A program made the translations under genes and the position numbers. Of a stretch of 64,000 nucleotides of DNA, positions 43,327 through 55,302 are shown piece by piece. The stretch covers positions 111,791 to 175,790 of the forward strand of contig SVSS01000003.1 of assembly GCA_015064185.1 (NCBI GenBank), read 5' to 3'. The notes beneath the pieces are model-generated. The model ran no database searches and was not told the origin of the DNA. It worked only from the letters and a program-made list of their open reading frames with translations. Numbering within the stretch: the first letter of the stretch is position 1; every line of letters begins with the position of its first letter. The DNA is from Oscillospiraceae bacterium. GTDB taxonomy: Bacteria; Bacillota; Clostridia; Oscillospirales; CAG-272.

Positions 43327-44610
43327 TTAAATATGATGTATGGGAGAAGCGGTGCTTTCCTCCTGCAGCTCGCGGCTTGCGTTAGCAAGCATCAGCTTTA
43401 GGCGGTTCTCTTGATTGATGCGCGAGGCGCCGGGATCGTAATCAATGGAAACAAGATTGACACCGGGGTGCTTTTCGCGAATGATCTTCATCATGCCCTT
43501 ACCAACGATATGATTGGGTAGGCACCCGAAGGGCTGCGCGCAGACCACGTTTTTGACACCGCCATCAATCAGCTCAAGCATTTCGGCAGTCAGCAGCCAC
43601 CCCTCGCCCATTTGCACGCCCTCGCTGATATAGCCCGCAATGGCAGCACGTGTTTTTTCAAAATCGGTGGGGGGGATAAAATTGCTGTTTTCGCGGTACA
43701 ACCGAATGAAATCAAGCTGCTTTTTATGTAGGAAGTTATAGGCAAGCTTCATGATTTTTGCACGGGTCTTTTTTATACCGTAAAGACGGTAATCGACCAC
43801 TGCCGTATTTACGGTATACATCAAAAAGTCAAGCAGACCCGCCATAACCGTTTCCGCGCCCTCTCCAACCAAAAACCGTTCAAGGTTGTTGTTGGCAAGG
43901 GGGGAAAATTTTACGTAGATCTCGCCTACAATTCCCACACGCACCTTTTTTTCCTTGGTGCGCGGAAGATTTAACTCAAAATCCTTCAATATATTTATGT
44001 AATTTTTCTGTACCGTTTTGTAATTGAGGGATCTGCCGCTGTTCATCTCTTGCACCAAGTAAGAAACCCATTTATCTGCCATGGCTTGTGTGGAGCCTGG
44101 CAGCACCTCATAGGGGCGGCATTGATTGACAAGGCTCATCAAAAGATCACCATAGTAAACGGCGTACAGGATGCGCTTGCCAAACCCGAGGGTCAGCTTA
44201 AACCCGGGGTTTTTTTCAAGGCCTGACACGTTTAGTGAGATCACGGGAACCTGCGCGAGCCCCGCACGTGCAAGTGCTTTTCTGATGAGGGTAATGTAGT
44301 TGGAGGCGCGGCACCCACCGCCCGTTTGCGTCATCATGACGGCTGTTTTGTTGACGTCATATTTGCCGCTTTGCAGGGCATCGATAAACTGGCCGATGAC
44401 AAGGAGTGCGGGATAGCAGGCATCGTTGTGCGTGTATTTGAGGCCGCAATCGATCACGCTTTGCCCCTCGTTTTGCAGGAGCTCTACCTTGTATCCATAG
44501 TTGCGAAAGATCTCTGCCATGATCTTAAAATGCATTTCAAGCATGTTGGGCAAGAGAATGGTGTAGTCCCGTTTCATTTCCTTGGTAAATATAACGCGTT
44601 CGGTTGCCAA
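43327..44610 (-). CDS. 2-hydroxyacyl-CoA dehydratase-family protein (BCR/HAD superfamily subunit)
   Basis: HgdB/D-component-like pattern with conserved Cys (NDACYPALL, GGGCRASNY, QPFGCLPNH). It starts 3 nt after the upstream gene stop. Confidence 0.7.
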   Translation of the reverse strand: MATERVIFTKEMKRDYTILLPNMLEMHFKIMAEIFRNYGYKVELLQNEGQSVIDCGLKYTHNDACYPALLVIGQFIDALQSGKYDVNKTAVMMTQTGGGCRASNYITLIRKALARAGLAQVPVISLNVSGLEKNPGFKLTLGFGKRILYAVYYGDLLMSLVNQCRPYEVLPGSTQAMADKWVSYLVQEMNSGRSLNYKTVQKNYINILKDFELNLPRTKEKKVRVGIVGEIYVKFSPLANNNLERFLVGEGAETVMAGLLDFLMYTVNTAVVDYRLYGIKKTRAKIMKLAYNFLHKKQLDFIRLYRENSNFIPPTDFEKTRAAIAGYISEGVQMGEGWLLTAEMLELIDGGVKNVVCAQPFGCLPNHIVGKGMMKIIREKHPGVNLVSIDYDPGASRINQENRLKLMLANASRELQEESTASPIHHI

Positions 44611-44612
44611 GG

Positions 44613-47567
44613 TCAGTTCCTCCCTTCCTGTTGCTCAAGCGCACCAATGAGGCTGCGCAAGCGAATGGTCACGGCGCCAAGATTGGTGATCTCGTCGATT
44701 TTGATCTGGGTATACAGCTTGTTGCCGTCCTCAAGAATGCTGCGCACCTCATCGGTGGTGATGGCATCGATGCCGCAACCGAAGGAAACCAGCTGCACAA
44801 GCTCTGCACCCTTTGTTTCGGTCACAAATTTGGCGGCGTTATAAAGGCGCGCGTGGTAGGTCCATTGGTTAAGCGCCGCGGGGCGCGCGGGATGTGTGGC
44901 AAGATGCGCTACGGCATCCTCACTTACCACAACAAAGCCAAGGGTGGTCGCCAGACGGTCAATGCTGTGGCCGATCTCGGGATCAATGTGATAGGGTCTG
45001 CCCGAAAGCACCATGAGTCTGTGCCCCTCGCGCTGGGCGCGTGCCACGGCACGCTCGCCCTCACGGCGGATCTTTTTCATGTGTGCCTGATAGGAAAGCT
45101 TTGCGGTGCGTACGGCATTTGCTACCTCACGTCGGCTAAAGCCACCGAACTCGGCATTGAGAAACGCAAGCAATTCTTGGCTGAGCTGCTTGTCGTCGTT
45201 GATATTCAAATAAGGATAGAAGAAGCGCACGCGTGAGAGGGTATCCATGTTATGCGAAAGGAGCTCTGCATAATAAGCAACCACGGGGCAGTTATAGCAG
45301 TTATCTGCCACGCGCTCGTCAATGTTACGCGTCATGGAGGGATAGAAGATGCCGTCAACGCCGTCCTCGATCAGCTGCTCGATATGACCGTGCATGATCT
45401 TGGCGGGGTAGCAGGCGGTATCCGAGGGAATGCTGTACTGTCCCTTTTGATAAAGCTTGCGGCTCGAAAAGCCCGAAAAGCGTACGCCAAAGCCGAGCGC
45501 ACGGAAAAGAGCGTACCAAAACGGCCCCAGCTCGTACATGCCAAGCGCAAGCGGCAGACCTATGGTAAAATCTCGCTTGCCCGCGACAGGTGTCATTTCG
45601 GCAAACAGGTCGCGCTTATAGGCATGAAGGTTCGGCAGGGGATTGGCGGCGGCGCGCTTGCCCGCGCCCTTCTCGCATTTGTTACCCGAAATAAACCGTT
45701 CGCCATCGGCAAAGGTATTTACGGTAATATTGCAGTTGTTGGTACAGCCGCGGCAAACTGCCGCCTTTGAGGTGTGTGTAAAGCTCTTCAACTCCTCGCG
45801 TGTGAGCATAGAGGAATGCTCTTTTGCGGTGGACTGTGCATAAAGCGCGGCGCCCCAAGCGCCCATAAGCCCTGCAATGGCGGGGCGGATGACGTTATGA
45901 CCGAGCTCGCGCTCAAAGCTACGCAGTACGGCATCGTTTAAAAATGTACCGCCCTGCACAACGATGTTTTCGCCAAGCTCCTCGGCACTGCCCGCGCGAA
46001 TGACCTTATAAATGGCATTTTTTACAACGGATACCGAAAGACCGGCTGAAATATCTCCTACCGTGGCACCGTCCTTTTGTGCTTGCTTGACGGAGGAATT
46101 CATAAATACCGTGCAGCGTGAGCCGAGGTCAACGGGTGCGGGCGCAAAGAGCGCAAGCCTTGCAAACTCCTCGGTTTCATAGCCAAGGGATTTGGCAAAG
46201 GTTTCAATAAAGGAGCCACAGCCCGAGGAGCAAGCCTCGTTGAGCATGATGCTGTCAATGGCGCCCCCGCGGATCTTAAAGCACTTGATATCCTGTCCGC
46301 CAATGTCAAGAATGAAATCAACGTTCGGGTTAAAGTAGCGTGCGGCGGTAAAGTGCGCCATGGTTTCAACAAGCCCCTGATCGAGGTGGAAGGCATGGCG
46401 AATCAGCTCCTCACCGTAGCCTGTAACGGCGGTGGAGCTGATCTTAATGTGATCGCCGCAAATGGCATAGATCTCCTCAAGCTGCTCCTTGACGATCCCC
46501 ACGGGATTGCCCTTGTTTGAGTTGTAGTATGTATAAAGCAGCTTGTGATCCTCCGCCATAAGGACCAGCTTTGTGGTGGTGGAGCCGCAATCGATACCAA
46601 GATAGGCGTTGCCACGGTAGGTTGCGGGATCGGCATACTCTACCGAGGCGGCAGCATGACGCGTGCGGAAGGCGGCGTAATCCTGCTTGTCTGTAAAAAG
46701 AGGGGCAAGCCCTGTCGTGTCGGTCTTGACGGTAGCCGAGGCTCCCACACGTGCGACAAGATCGGTATAGGTAAATTCTTCATTCAGACTTGCCGCAAAG
46801 AGTGCCGCGCCAAGCGCCACCGAAATGCGCGCATAGGGTGGGAAAACGGCATCCGTGGGCGAGAGCTTCAGCACGTGCACGAATTGGCGGCGCAGCCCCT
46901 CGTTAAAGGACAGGGGCCCACCGAGAAACATGACCTTGCCCGCAATACGTCTGCCCTGCGCAAGCCCTGCGATGGTTTGGTTGACCACCGCGCGGAAAAT
47001 GCTTGCCGCAATGTCCGATTTTGCCGCGCCTTGATTTAACAGCGGCTGAATATCGGTTTTTGCAAACACGCCGCAGCGTGAAGCAATGGGATAAATGCGG
47101 GTGGATTCAAGGCTGAGCCTGTCAAGCTCCTCAACGGTCACGTCAAGCAGCGTTGCCATTTGGTCGATGAATGCGCCCGTGCCGCCGGCACAGGTGCCGT
47201 TCATGCGCTCGTCGGTGCCGCCGTCAAAGAAGATGACCTTGGCATCCTCGCCCCCGAGCTCCACTACAACATTGGTGTCGGGCTCTAGGTGACGGACGGT
47301 TTCGCCCGTGGCAAACACCTCCTGTACAAAGGGCAGCCCTGCGGCACGCGCAAGGCCAAGCCCGGCGGAGCCCGATACGGCAACCTTTACGGTGCTTGTA
47401 CCGATCAGCTCCTGCAGGCGCTCTAGAATTTCGAGTGTTTTTTGGCGCACCTGTGAAAAGTGGCGCTCATAGCATTCATACAGGATCTCCTCGCCGCGGG
47501 CGAGCACCACCTTTGCGGTAGTAGAGCCGATATCAATGCCGAGTGTAAGTTGTGCTATCTTTTCCAT
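44613..47567 (-). CDS. Fusion protein: two BadF/BcrA/HgdC-type activase ATPase domains plus a dehydratase-related domain
   Basis: Two acetate/sugar-kinase-fold starts (LGIDIGSTTAKVV and LGIDCGSTTTKLV) and cluster-bridging Cys motifs. RBS ggga upstream of MEKIAQ. The start coordinate is derived from ORF-track phase. Confidence 0.75.
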   Translation of the reverse strand: MEKIAQLTLGIDIGSTTAKVVLARGEEILYECYERHFSQVRQKTLEILERLQELIGTSTVKVAVSGSAGLGLARAAGLPFVQEVFATGETVRHLEPDTNVVVELGGEDAKVIFFDGGTDERMNGTCAGGTGAFIDQMATLLDVTVEELDRLSLESTRIYPIASRCGVFAKTDIQPLLNQGAAKSDIAASIFRAVVNQTIAGLAQGRRIAGKVMFLGGPLSFNEGLRRQFVHVLKLSPTDAVFPPYARISVALGAALFAASLNEEFTYTDLVARVGASATVKTDTTGLAPLFTDKQDYAAFRTRHAAASVEYADPATYRGNAYLGIDCGSTTTKLVLMAEDHKLLYTYYNSNKGNPVGIVKEQLEEIYAICGDHIKISSTAVTGYGEELIRHAFHLDQGLVETMAHFTAARYFNPNVDFILDIGGQDIKCFKIRGGAIDSIMLNEACSSGCGSFIETFAKSLGYETEEFARLALFAPAPVDLGSRCTVFMNSSVKQAQKDGATVGDISAGLSVSVVKNAIYKVIRAGSAEELGENIVVQGGTFLNDAVLRSFERELGHNVIRPAIAGLMGAWGAALYAQSTAKEHSSMLTREELKSFTHTSKAAVCRGCTNNCNITVNTFADGERFISGNKCEKGAGKRAAANPLPNLHAYKRDLFAEMTPVAGKRDFTIGLPLALGMYELGPFWYALFRALGFGVRFSGFSSRKLYQKGQYSIPSDTACYPAKIMHGHIEQLIEDGVDGIFYPSMTRNIDERVADNCYNCPVVAYYAELLSHNMDTLSRVRFFYPYLNINDDKQLSQELLAFLNAEFGGFSRREVANAVRTAKLSYQAHMKKIRREGERAVARAQREGHRLMVLSGRPYHIDPEIGHSIDRLATTLGFVVVSEDAVAHLATHPARPAALNQWTYHARLYNAAKFVTETKGAELVQLVSFGCGIDAITTDEVRSILEDGNKLYTQIKIDEITNLGAVTIRLRSLIGALEQQEGRN

Positions 47568-47699
47568 ATGTTCTCCCTTTGGCAGGGTAAGCATGCCGAA
47601 GCCGCCAAAAGCTGCGCTCATGGATAGATCGGCTTGCTTCCGTTTGCCGGTGCGGTAAGAGGCTTGCTCTAAGCATGAGCAAGCCACCTCGCATGCGGT

Positions 47700-49832
47700 T
47701 TAAACTTCAGGGTCTTGACCGGAGTTATCTTGACCGGTTTCCTTTTCATCGGTTGTATCTTCCGTAGGCATTTGTTGACCGTTGCCTGCGGTTGGCATAG
47801 CAAATTCGTTGGTAGCAAATCGGCTATCTGAAAAATCTGCGGCGAGTGCTGCCTCACGTGCTGCCTTTTCAGCCGCCTCGCGCTCAGCCTTTGCGCGTGC
47901 CTCATTTTCCTCTTTGCTGCGTGCACGCTTTTGTTCTGTCATTGCCTCAAGCTCGGCAATGGTTACGTCGTCGCGGTCCATGGCGGCGGCAAATTGGTCG
48001 CCGTCCATCAGTTCGTTCTTAAGCAGGAATTCCGCCACAAAATCAAGCTTTTGACGGTTTTGTTCAAGCACGCGCTTGGCGGTTTGATAGCCGTAGTCAA
48101 TGAGTGCCTTGATCTCGGCATCGATCTTGGCAGAAATCTCCTCGGAGAAATTGTTTCCGCTGGAAAAATCGCGTCCAAGGAAGACCTCGCTGTCAGCTGT
48201 GCCGTATTTGACAGGGCCAAGTACGTCGGACATGCCGAGCTGTGTGACCATCTTGCGTGCAATATTGGTGGCACGCTCAATGTCGTTTGAGGCACCGCCC
48301 GAGATATCGCCAAACACAATAGCCTCTGCTACGCGACCGCCGAGCAGCTCGGCAATGCGCTCCTTCAGCTCCTGCTTATATACGCTGTATTTATCCTCCT
48401 GGGGCAGGCTCATGGTGTAGCCGAGTGCGCGCCCGGAGGGTACGATAGAGATCTGATGCACGGCATCAAGGTGGGGCAAAACATGGGATACGATCGCGTG
48501 ACCTGCCTCGTGATAGGCGGTGTTCTTGCGCTCGCGCTCGCTCATCACGCGCGATGCCTTCTTCGGTCCTGCGATCACGCGGATAAAGGCGTCGTCAATA
48601 TCATCCATACCGATCAGGCTTTTGCCGCGGCGTGCCGCCAACAAAGCCGCCTCGTTGAGGAGGTTGGCAAGATCCGCACCCGTAAAGCCTGCGGTCTTTT
48701 TGGCAACCACAGAAAGGTCAACCGCTGCTTCAAGCGGCTTTTTGCGTGCGTGTACATGAAGGATCGCCTCGCGCTCCTTTACGTCGGGGGCATCCACCGT
48801 GATCTGACGGTCAAAGCGACCGGGGCGCAGGAGTGCAGGGTCAAGGATGTCGGGGCGGTTGGTGGCGGCGATCACAATAATACCCTCATGAGAGCCAAAG
48901 CCGTCCATTTCTACCAAAAGCTGATTGAGAGTCTGCTCGCGCTCGTCGTGTCCGCCGCCAAGGCCTGCGCCGCGGTGACGGCCCACGGCATCGATCTCAT
49001 CAATAAAGATAATGCTGGCAGGGGTCTTGCGTGCCGTTTCAAAAAGGTCGCGCACACGGGAAGCACCAACGCCCACGTACATTTCTACGAAATCTGAGCC
49101 GGAAAGCGAATAAAAGGGAACGCCTGCCTCGCCTGCTACCGCCTTGGCAAGCAGGGTTTTACCCGTACCGGGAGGGCCCACGAGCAGCACGCCGTGGGGG
49201 ATCTTTGCGCCGAGCCTGGTGAATTTGGAGGGATCCTTGAGGAACTCTACGATCTCCTCAAGCTCCTGCTTTTCCTCGTTAGAGCCTGCCACATCGGCAA
49301 AGGTAACGCGCTCCTTCTGGTCGGCGGCGGTTTTCGCGCGCGCCTTGCCAAAGCTGTTCAGCTTGGAGCCGGGGCCGCCTGCCGAGCGCATCATAAACAT
49401 CCACAGCACGATGACTGCAATGATGATGAGCGCGTAAGGAAGAAGGCTTACCCACCAAGGATAGGTGGTCTGCGGCTCAATGTCGTAATCGGTGAGATTG
49501 GCGTTGGATCTTACATGATCGCCGCAGTATTCGTTGAACAGGTCAAGCGAGCGAAGCTGATAAGAAATTTCGGTGGTGTCCCAGCTTCCGTCGGCCTTTG
49601 TTTGCAGATTGCCTGCCGCATCCTGCTTGATGACCTGCATGGTGATGTAATAATTTTCATCGATCAAAAAGGATACTACTCTGTCGCTTTCAAAGTAGGT
49701 AACCACATCGCCGAGCACGATCTTTTCCTCCTCGGTGCTCTGGAAAATAGTTGCAACCACACCGATAATCACGGCAATGAGCAGCACATACAAAAGTATT
49801 GTTTTCAAGTGGTTCTTCATTTGTTCCTCCAA
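47700..49832 (-). CDS. ftsH: ATP-dependent zinc metalloprotease FtsH
   Basis: Two N-terminal TM segments, Walker [22 protein letters not shown] region, and HEAGHA zinc motif. Confidence 0.95.
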   Translation of the reverse strand: MEEQMKNHLKTILLYVLLIAVIIGVVATIFQSTEEEKIVLGDVVTYFESDRVVSFLIDENYYITMQVIKQDAAGNLQTKADGSWDTTEISYQLRSLDLFNEYCGDHVRSNANLTDYDIEPQTTYPWWVSLLPYALIIIAVIVLWMFMMRSAGGPGSKLNSFGKARAKTAADQKERVTFADVAGSNEEKQELEEIVEFLKDPSKFTRLGAKIPHGVLLVGPPGTGKTLLAKAVAGEAGVPFYSLSGSDFVEMYVGVGASRVRDLFETARKTPASIIFIDEIDAVGRHRGAGLGGGHDEREQTLNQLLVEMDGFGSHEGIIVIAATNRPDILDPALLRPGRFDRQITVDAPDVKEREAILHVHARKKPLEAAVDLSVVAKKTAGFTGADLANLLNEAALLAARRGKSLIGMDDIDDAFIRVIAGPKKASRVMSERERKNTAYHEAGHAIVSHVLPHLDAVHQISIVPSGRALGYTMSLPQEDKYSVYKQELKERIAELLGGRVAEAIVFGDISGGASNDIERATNIARKMVTQLGMSDVLGPVKYGTADSEVFLGRDFSSGNNFSEEISAKIDAEIKALIDYGYQTAKRVLEQNRQKLDFVAEFLLKNELMDGDQFAAAMDRDDVTIAELEAMTEQKRARSKEENEARAKAEREAAEKAAREAALAADFSDSRFATNEFAMPTAGNGQQMPTEDTTDEKETGQDNSGQDPEV

Positions 49833-49926
49833 ATAGGGAATATTTTAACTGTGATATATACGACGGAGCCCTACGGGCATCCTGCTGATATCAAAAGGGG
49901 GCGCCTCCACCAAAGGTGGAAGCGTA

Positions 49927-51267
49927 TTAATTGAAATAAACAAAGACCTCAAGGTCGGTTTTCTTGTTTGCCCCGTCACGCACGGGACCAAAGGGGATAG
50001 CAAGTATGCCGTCATCGTCAAAAAGCAGAGGCATGCGTGCGCGTGCCTCGGGCGGTAAATGCTTGAGGCACGCAAGACGGCGCACCGCCTTGTGCATGCC
50101 ACCCGAAAGGATGACATCGCCCGCCATACGGCGACACAGGCGGATCTCGCCCTTTACGGCATCCTTACGAAGGGAGAGCTTTGTTGCGTATTTGTAGTGT
50201 GCCTTAAGCGCATCATTTGTAGTTTTGCCAACACCGCCGAGAATTACTAAAGCAGCGGCTTCTTTTATTTGTGTTTCGTCTTGACAGAGCAACAGGATAT
50301 CGTTGTTTGACTGCTTTTTTTGTTTTTGCTCAATGCGCAGCTTGCCGTTGCTCTTGCGCAAAACGGTCTTGGGGGGTAAGGAGAGTGAGGCGTGCGGCCT
50401 GCTGCTGCGCATGAGATTGCAAATTGCCGCAAGATGCTGCGCTGAGGGCGGCTCGGGCAAAAGATGCCGCATCACGCGCACAAGGATCGGCTGGGGGAGC
50501 GCCAAAAGCGCCTCCACGCGCGGCTCGGTGCCCTCTTTTGCAAGAAATTCAACTGCCAAACCGTCAAGGTATGCCTCATCGCCCGCAAGTGCCTCGGCAC
50601 ATCGCGCCGCAAGCAGGGGGGCGTTTGGCTGGAGCTCGGCGAGCAAGGGAAGCACGCGCAAGCGCAGGAAATTGCGCTGGCAGCAGATCTCCTCATTGGT
50701 GCTGTCTGTCACGAACGCAAGATCCTGCTCCTTTAAATAGCGGAGCAGCGCTGCCTTGGGCACCGATAGGAGCGGGCGCACCACAAAAAGCCCTTCCTCA
50801 AGTGCACGGCATGCGGGAATACCGCAAAGTCCACGTGTGCCGCTGCCGCGCAGCAGGTGCTGGAGAATGGTTTCCAGCTGATCGTCTGCATGGTGCGCCG
50901 TAGCAAGCAGAAGGATCCCTTGCTCGCGCATCCATGCGGTGATTGCCGCATAGCGTGCGGTGCGCGCTGCGGTTTCAAGGCTTTCACCCGTTTGGCGCGC
51001 CATGGCGGGCACATCTGTTTTTAACAGGTGAAAGGGAATATCAAATTTTTTCGCGAGGGCCTCGCAAAATGCCGCATCGCGGTCTGCCTCAGCACCGCGA
51101 ATACCGTGGTGCACGTGTACGGCGCAAAGCCCCCTCTTGCCACGGAGCAAGGAGAGCAGCGCTACCGAATCCGCACCCCCCGAAAGGGCAACGGCGATGG
51201 GGGCTTCGGCGGGCATATTGGCAAGCTGGTGCGGGTCGCGAAAGCCTGCAAGTAAAGGCTGCTTCAT
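49927..51267 (-). CDS. tilS: tRNA(Ile)-lysidine synthase
   Basis: PP-loop VALSGGADSVALL and its position upstream of ftsH. Confidence 0.85.
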   Translation of the reverse strand: MKQPLLAGFRDPHQLANMPAEAPIAVALSGGADSVALLSLLRGKRGLCAVHVHHGIRGAEADRDAAFCEALAKKFDIPFHLLKTDVPAMARQTGESLETAARTARYAAITAWMREQGILLLATAHHADDQLETILQHLLRGSGTRGLCGIPACRALEEGLFVVRPLLSVPKAALLRYLKEQDLAFVTDSTNEEICCQRNFLRLRVLPLLAELQPNAPLLAARCAEALAGDEAYLDGLAVEFLAKEGTEPRVEALLALPQPILVRVMRHLLPEPPSAQHLAAICNLMRSSRPHASLSLPPKTVLRKSNGKLRIEQKQKKQSNNDILLLCQDETQIKEAAALVILGGVGKTTNDALKAHYKYATKLSLRKDAVKGEIRLCRRMAGDVILSGGMHKAVRRLACLKHLPPEARARMPLLFDDDGILAIPFGPVRDGANKKTDLEVFVYFN

Positions 51268-52643
51268 TACGGTTCTTCTCGGTCGGTATCAATGGTGCGG
51301 AACTTGGTATAGGTGCCAAGCCAAGCCATTTTTACGTTACCCGTTGAGCCGTGACGGTTCTTCTGAATGATGACCTCGGCAATGTTGCCCTCCTTTTGGT
51401 CGGGGTCGCGCGAGGTGTTATAGTATTCGTCACGGTAAAGGAACATAACCACGTCCGCATCCTGCTCGATGGCACCCGAGTCACGCAGGTCGGAGAGCTG
51501 GGGACGCTTGTCGGTTCTGCCCTCGGGTCCACGGGAGAGCTGAGCGCAGCAAAGAATGGGCACACGCAGCTCCTTAGCCATCAGCTTTAAGCCACGGGAG
51601 ATCACACTGACCTCAAGCGCGCGGTTGTCGTAATGCTGCTCGCTTTCCATCAGGCCGAGGTAGTCGACTACAACAAGCCCAAGGTTTTCCACACGCCTCA
51701 GTTTTGCCTTCATGGCGGTTACCGTAATGCCCGAGGTATCGTCGATCAAAAGATCGGTGTTGGAAAGGCGCATGGCGGCGTCGGCGATCTTTTTCCAGTC
51801 CTCGGGTTGGATCTGACCCGAGCGCAGGCTGTAGCTGTCAACAAGCGCTTCGCTGGAGATCATACGCGAGGCAAGCTGCTCGGCAGACATCTCAAGGGAG
51901 AACAGGCACACCTTTTTGCCCGAGGAAAATGCCACGTTGGTGGCAACGTTAAGAGCAAACGCCGTTTTACCCATACCGGGGCGCGCGCCCACGAGAATGA
52001 GGTCGGAGTCGCCCATGCCAACAAGCAGCTTATCTACACCCGAAAAGCCCGTGGGAGTACCCATAGCGGCAGCTTTATCTGTCTGCAGCTTGTGCAGGTT
52101 TTCCATGAGGTCGCGCAGCACGTCACGGATGTGGCGGAAGGTGCGGGAATCGCGCCCCTGTGCGATCTCGGTAAAGCGGCTTTGCGCAAGGTCAAGCACC
52201 TGCGCCACGCCCTCCTGCTCACCATAGGTAAGGTCAGAGATCTCGCTGCACACATCAATGATGCGGCGGCGCGTGCTCTCTTCCTTTACAATGCGCGCGT
52301 AATCGGCAATGTTCATGGCGCTGGGGGTCACGTCAAGCAGGGAACGGATATAGTTCTCACCGCCCGATTTTTCGTAAACGCCCTTGTGCACGAGGGTGTC
52401 GATCAGTGTAACGGGGTCGATCTCTTGGCTGGCATCAAAGAGCTCGCGCATCGCAAGATAGATCTCGCGGTGCTCCTGTACGTAAAAATCGTCAGCACCG
52501 ATGGTTGCCGCGATCTCGTTGATAGCATTGGGGTCAATGAGGATAGAGCCGAGCAGGGCGCGCTCCGCTGAAAGCGAGCAGGGCATCTTGCGCGAGAGCA
52601 TATCCTCTCCTCTTACTGCTTCGTTATTCATAGTCCGCCTCAT
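51267..52643 (-). CDS. dnaB: Replicative DNA helicase
   Basis: [12 protein letters not shown]-terminal domain, Walker [15 protein letters not shown], and the RecA-like C-terminal motifs. Confidence 0.95.
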   Translation of the reverse strand: MRRTMNNEAVRGEDMLSRKMPCSLSAERALLGSILIDPNAINEIAATIGADDFYVQEHREIYLAMRELFDASQEIDPVTLIDTLVHKGVYEKSGGENYIRSLLDVTPSAMNIADYARIVKEESTRRRIIDVCSEISDLTYGEQEGVAQVLDLAQSRFTEIAQGRDSRTFRHIRDVLRDLMENLHKLQTDKAAAMGTPTGFSGVDKLLVGMGDSDLILVGARPGMGKTAFALNVATNVAFSSGKKVCLFSLEMSAEQLASRMISSEALVDSYSLRSGQIQPEDWKKIADAAMRLSNTDLLIDDTSGITVTAMKAKLRRVENLGLVVVDYLGLMESEQHYDNRALEVSVISRGLKLMAKELRVPILCCAQLSRGPEGRTDKRPQLSDLRDSGAIEQDADVVMFLYRDEYYNTSRDPDQKEGNIAEVIIQKNRHGSTGNVKMAWLGTYTKFRTIDTDREEP

Positions 52644-53086
52644 GTGTCTGCCACAACAACGTTGATCTTGCCCGAAACATCGGTGTAAAGGCGCACGTCA
52701 AGCACATAGGTGCCGTATGCCTTGATCGGTGCTTGGAGTGCGATCTTGCGCTTGTCAACGGTAACACCGTGCTCCTTTTGCAGCTTTTCCGCGATTTCCT
52801 TGGAGGTTACAGACCCGTAAAGGTGACCGTCGGCGCCTGCGCCTACCTTGATCTTTACTACAATGCTCTCAAGCTTTGCCGCAATTTCCTTGGCGGCGGC
52901 ACGCTCGGTGTCGATCTTGTGCTGCTTGGAGGCCTCTTTATTTTTCAGCTCTGTCATTGATTGGTTGTCGGCAGGGATAGCAAGCTTGCGGGGGAGAAGA
53001 AAATTGCGGGCATAGCCGTCAGATACCTCGATAAGCTGATCCTTTTTTCCTTGCCCCTTTACATCGGCTGTTAAAATGACTTTCAT
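52640..53086 (-). CDS. rplI: 50S ribosomal protein L9
   Basis: [36 protein letters not shown]. Start taken at the Met matching the family N-terminus. Confidence 0.9.
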   Translation of the reverse strand: MKVILTADVKGQGKKDQLIEVSDGYARNFLLPRKLAIPADNQSMTELKNKEASKQHKIDTERAAAKEIAAKLESIVVKIKVGAGADGHLYGSVTSKEIAEKLQKEHGVTVDKRKIALQAPIKAYGTYVLDVRLYTDVSGKINVVVADT

Positions 53087-53121
53087 AAAAACGTTCCTTT
53101 CTTTATCGATTGTGCAATCGG

Positions 53122-55302
53122 TCATGCACCGTGATGGTTGTCTTCAATTTCGGCAAAATAAGCGCGAATGGCGCCGCGCAGATCCTCAACAGCGGCTTCC
53201 AGCGATACGTCGGAGAGTGCTGTGCCGGCGGAATCAAAGCGCCCGCCGCCACCGAGTCGTTCAAGGATAAGCTGTACGTTTACCGATCCGTCCGAGCGGC
53301 CCGAAATGTGCACCACATTATCTACTACAACAAGTGCAAAGGAGGCGCACACGCCCTTGACGTTGAGGAGCCTGTCTGCTTCCTTGGCGGCGGCAACGCG
53401 GTCGTCCGCGCCTCTGCCGGTTCCCTTGCTCCAGGTAAGGCCAACGGTGTTGTTTTGCATCAAAGAGCAGCCTGAGAAGCTGCGCTCGCAAACATAATCG
53501 GCGTAATCTTGGTTGAAAAAGCCATGCACATATTCGGCGTTTGCGCCCTTGCCGTAGAGATAACGTGCGGCATCAAGCGTACGGCTGCCCGTGTTTCGGG
53601 TAAAGCCGTTTGTGTCGAGCATGATGCCGGAAAGCATCACGCTTGCCACCTCATCGGATACCAGCTTGTTGTCGCTTTCGTTGCCTGTTTCGCTTTGCTC
53701 CAGCATTTCCGCAACCAATTCAACGGTTGAGGAAGCGCTGGGGTCAATATAGTTGACAACAGGCTCAAAATCGTATTCGCCTGCCTGACGGTGGTGGTCG
53801 ATAATGGCGATCCTTCCCGAAACCTGTCGCACGCTGTCGGCAACCTCGGGGGATTCAATGATGCGGAAGTTGTTGGCGTCCGCAATGATCAGCAACGTGC
53901 CCGAGCGAATGAGGTCAAGACCCTTATGCCCCGAAATAAACATATCGCTGTATATTTTGGAGGTGGTCAGACGCTCGGTGGAAATGCGGAAGTTGGCATT
54001 GTCAAGATCCATGATGATCTTGGTGGGTATACCTGCAAGCAGGCCAAACTGCGCAATGCCAAGGCAGGCGCCGATAGAGTCAAAGTCGGGGTTGCGGTGC
54101 CCCATGATGAGCAGATTGTCCGCCTCGGAGATCTTGGTCAGCAGGTAGTTTGCCACCACGCGGGATTGCACGCGTGAGCGACGCTGAGAGGGTCTTGTTT
54201 GACCGCCGTAGTAGCGAATACCGTCACGGCGGCGCACGGCAACCTGGTCACCGCCGCGCTGCAGTGCCATGTCAAGCGCGGAGTTTGCTTCCTTTGCGCG
54301 CTCTGCCATGCTGCAGTCGTCAAGGGAGATGCCGATCGAAACGGTTACGGGAATGCCGTACTCGCCAAGACGAATGTCGCGGATGCGGTCAAGCAGGGTG
54401 CTGAATTTATCCTCTTCGCACAGATGAAGCTTCTCCTGTGAAAAGAACATGATATAACGGTCACGCTCATATTCGCGTAAAAAGCCGTTCATATCGGTCG
54501 CCCATTGCAAAAGCACGTCATCGACCTTGCGCGAAGCATCGCGGTAGTTGGCATGGGTGTACTGCGTCAGCTCCTCAAGGTTATCCACGTCGATATAGGC
54601 AACTGCCGGCATATCTCGCTCCATTTTTTCTCGAAGGTCGAGCAGCTCGGAGGCGTCGGTAAAGGTGACAAGATAACTAATGCGGTCGCCCAGCGCGATC
54701 TCATACGCGCGCGCAATATAGCGCCCGTCATCGGGCAAGCGCACGACAGTGCTGTCGATCTTGCTGGCGGGCAGCGTTTCGGCAGGTGCCTTGCTGTCGT
54801 CGGATCTTGCGGCAATGGTTTCCATGGTAAACTTGCCGAGCTTGGTGCGCGAGTCCTCTCCGTTTACGCCCGCGCGCACGATCTCCTGCAAACTCACACC
54901 ACCGCAGAAATCCGAAATGGAACCGCGGTAAAAGGGATCGTCGGCGTCGAGTATTTTTTGCAGGGCGCTGTTGAGCGCACGCACGCGCCCCTGCTCATCC
55001 ACGATGGCATAGGGCAGTCCCACGGCATATTTGAACATGTTATGCATTTTGGTGTTCAGCGTTTCAAACATGATCTCCTCGCCGCGCTGCTTGTGCTCCT
55101 TTAAGAGGAAAAACAGGCACGCAAGCAGACCAAATGCCGCATAAGCACCCAAAAAGATGAGTGCGGAGCGCGCGGTCAGTGCGGTGGCGGAAAATTGCGC
55201 GGCGGCAATATACACGCCGAAAAATAATAGACCAAGCGCGAGAAGAACGATCATCGGAATGGCGGCGCCGTGTCGGCGACGGTTCTCAGATTGTTTTTGC
55301 AT
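53122..55302 (-). CDS. gdpP: GdpP-type DHH/DHHA1 phosphodiesterase (cyclic-di-AMP phosphodiesterase family)
   Basis: Two N-terminal TM segments, a central degenerate GGDEF-like region, the DHH motif (IIDHH) and a DHHA1 GGGG motif. Conserved yybS-gdpP-rplI-dnaB order. Confidence 0.85.
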   Translation of the reverse strand: MQKQSENRRRHGAAIPMIVLLALGLLFFGVYIAAAQFSATALTARSALIFLGAYAAFGLLACLFFLLKEHKQRGEEIMFETLNTKMHNMFKYAVGLPYAIVDEQGRVRALNSALQKILDADDPFYRGSISDFCGGVSLQEIVRAGVNGEDSRTKLGKFTMETIAARSDDSKAPAETLPASKIDSTVVRLPDDGRYIARAYEIALGDRISYLVTFTDASELLDLREKMERDMPAVAYIDVDNLEELTQYTHANYRDASRKVDDVLLQWATDMNGFLREYERDRYIMFFSQEKLHLCEEDKFSTLLDRIRDIRLGEYGIPVTVSIGISLDDCSMAERAKEANSALDMALQRGGDQVAVRRRDGIRYYGGQTRPSQRRSRVQSRVVANYLLTKISEADNLLIMGHRNPDFDSIGACLGIAQFGLLAGIPTKIIMDLDNANFRISTERLTTSKIYSDMFISGHKGLDLIRSGTLLIIADANNFRIIESPEVADSVRQVSGRIAIIDHHRQAGEYDFEPVVNYIDPSASSTVELVAEMLEQSETGNESDNKLVSDEVASVMLSGIMLDTNGFTRNTGSRTLDAARYLYGKGANAEYVHGFFNQDYADYVCERSFSGCSLMQNNTVGLTWSKGTGRGADDRVAAAKEADRLLNVKGVCASFALVVVDNVVHISGRSDGSVNVQLILERLGGGGRFDSAGTALSDVSLEAAVEDLRGAIRAYFAEIEDNHHGA

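Noticed and set aside
47560-47590. An apparent frame inconsistency when hand-translating the N-terminus of the activase fusion gene.
   Set aside because: - The supplied ORF track shows a continuous frame.
- The discrepancy is most likely my manual counting at a line break. The start coordinate was therefore taken from ORF-track phase.
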